A stretch of DNA of 63,682 nucleotides, filler included, from Phoronis australis (Eukaryota > Animalia > Phoronida): NCBI GenBank assembly GCA_002633005.1. It is 6 parts of 6 records of this genome, joined end to end, with 100 filler letters (N's around TTAATTAATTAA, not from the genome) between each part and the next. Parts side by side here need not be neighbours in the genome. Positions count along the whole stretch, not along the records: positions 62,011 to 63,682 come from NMRA01000281.1; 5 more parts are not named here. One strand, written 5' to 3'. The notes under the pieces are model-generated. The model searched no databases, was not told the DNA's origin, and saw nothing but the letters and a program-made list of their open reading frames with translations. The position numbers were made by a program, and so were the translations under genes. Every line of letters starts with the position of its first letter. Positions within the stretch are counted from its first letter, which is position 1. Below, piece after piece: positions 62,952 through 63,682 of the stretch.

Positions 62952-63682
62952 TGTTCGGTTAGTCTTTCTGGTTTTACCCAAAGATGTAAAATACGTAGTT
63001 TATGGCATCAACACCATATGAAGGCATTAGATTCACCATCTAACACAAGTATTTGCTCTTTGATTTTCTTTATTAATTTAATAGAACTCACAATATATTC
63101 CATAGTTCAAAATTTGCAATTTTTAGACCCCGCTGCACCTCATAAAAAGGTGCCCTTATCTATTTTTATAATATTTTGAAGCATTTCACAATTAACAACA
63201 CTCAAGCAAGAGTGTCTCTCAAAAAATTCCAAGTTCCTAAGTATGGCGATCTGAAAAATAACAAACACTTGATTTATTGAATTGTCCTCTCCAATACGCA
63301 AAAACTGCTGTGGAATCGCCCAATTGGTGTCCTACTGTATAACTGTACATGTGAACCTACAATATGTGTCACGATAATAAACTGCGCAGTAATTGCATGC
63401 CTTGTACTGGCTGTTAAGCCATTAAAAAACAATGCTTAACTGTAGAAAATAAACAATGATGTCACTGCGCAAAGTTGAAACGAGAGATATTGGTTAGTAA
63501 GTTGTTCTGAAGCTAGTGCAGATTCCAGTTTAGGGTAGCGTGATAAGCGTTCCGGGCTCAAGTCGCAGTGTAAATACAGCAAGAACAAATACTGAAGGAA
63601 GGAAACAGATGTAATATGATCACAATTTTTAGTTGACATTAGTATTTGGTATTTGAGATGCACCGTGCGAGGGTGTGCAAAG

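Overview
AT-rich, repeat-dense animal genomic DNA, most consistent with a marine invertebrate such as a mollusc or other lophotrochozoan (inferred from the repeat families and gene content). It is a scaffold with N-gaps; five of them are 100-nt artificial spacers containing TTAATTAATTAA. Host genes: (i) three phase-compatible exons of an F-type-lectin (FTP) plus TSP1-like gene (+, 4.2-11.1 kb); (ii) a terminal exon encoding a receptor-like cytoplasmic tail with NPxY and a C-terminal YNV motif (+, 21.0-21.7 kb); (iii) the first coding exon of V-ATPase V0 subunit a (-, 49.6 kb), with a probable non-coding exon 1 and promoter near 53.8-54.1 kb. The rest is mostly transposable elements (Harbinger-like, THAP-bearing, Sola-like, Helentron HINEs, LTRs, MITEs) and minisatellites. 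The standout is the 3' half of a Ty3/Gypsy retrotransposon (-, 29.1-32.5 kb). Its integrase ends in a PHD finger. In the env position, between pol and the PPT/3' LTR, it carries an extra ORF with a zinc-finger-like motif and a TatD DNase domain whose metal-binding motifs are intact. A splice donor in the LTR and an acceptor just before the extra ORF suggest expression from a spliced subgenomic RNA. All calls were made by eye, without database searches.
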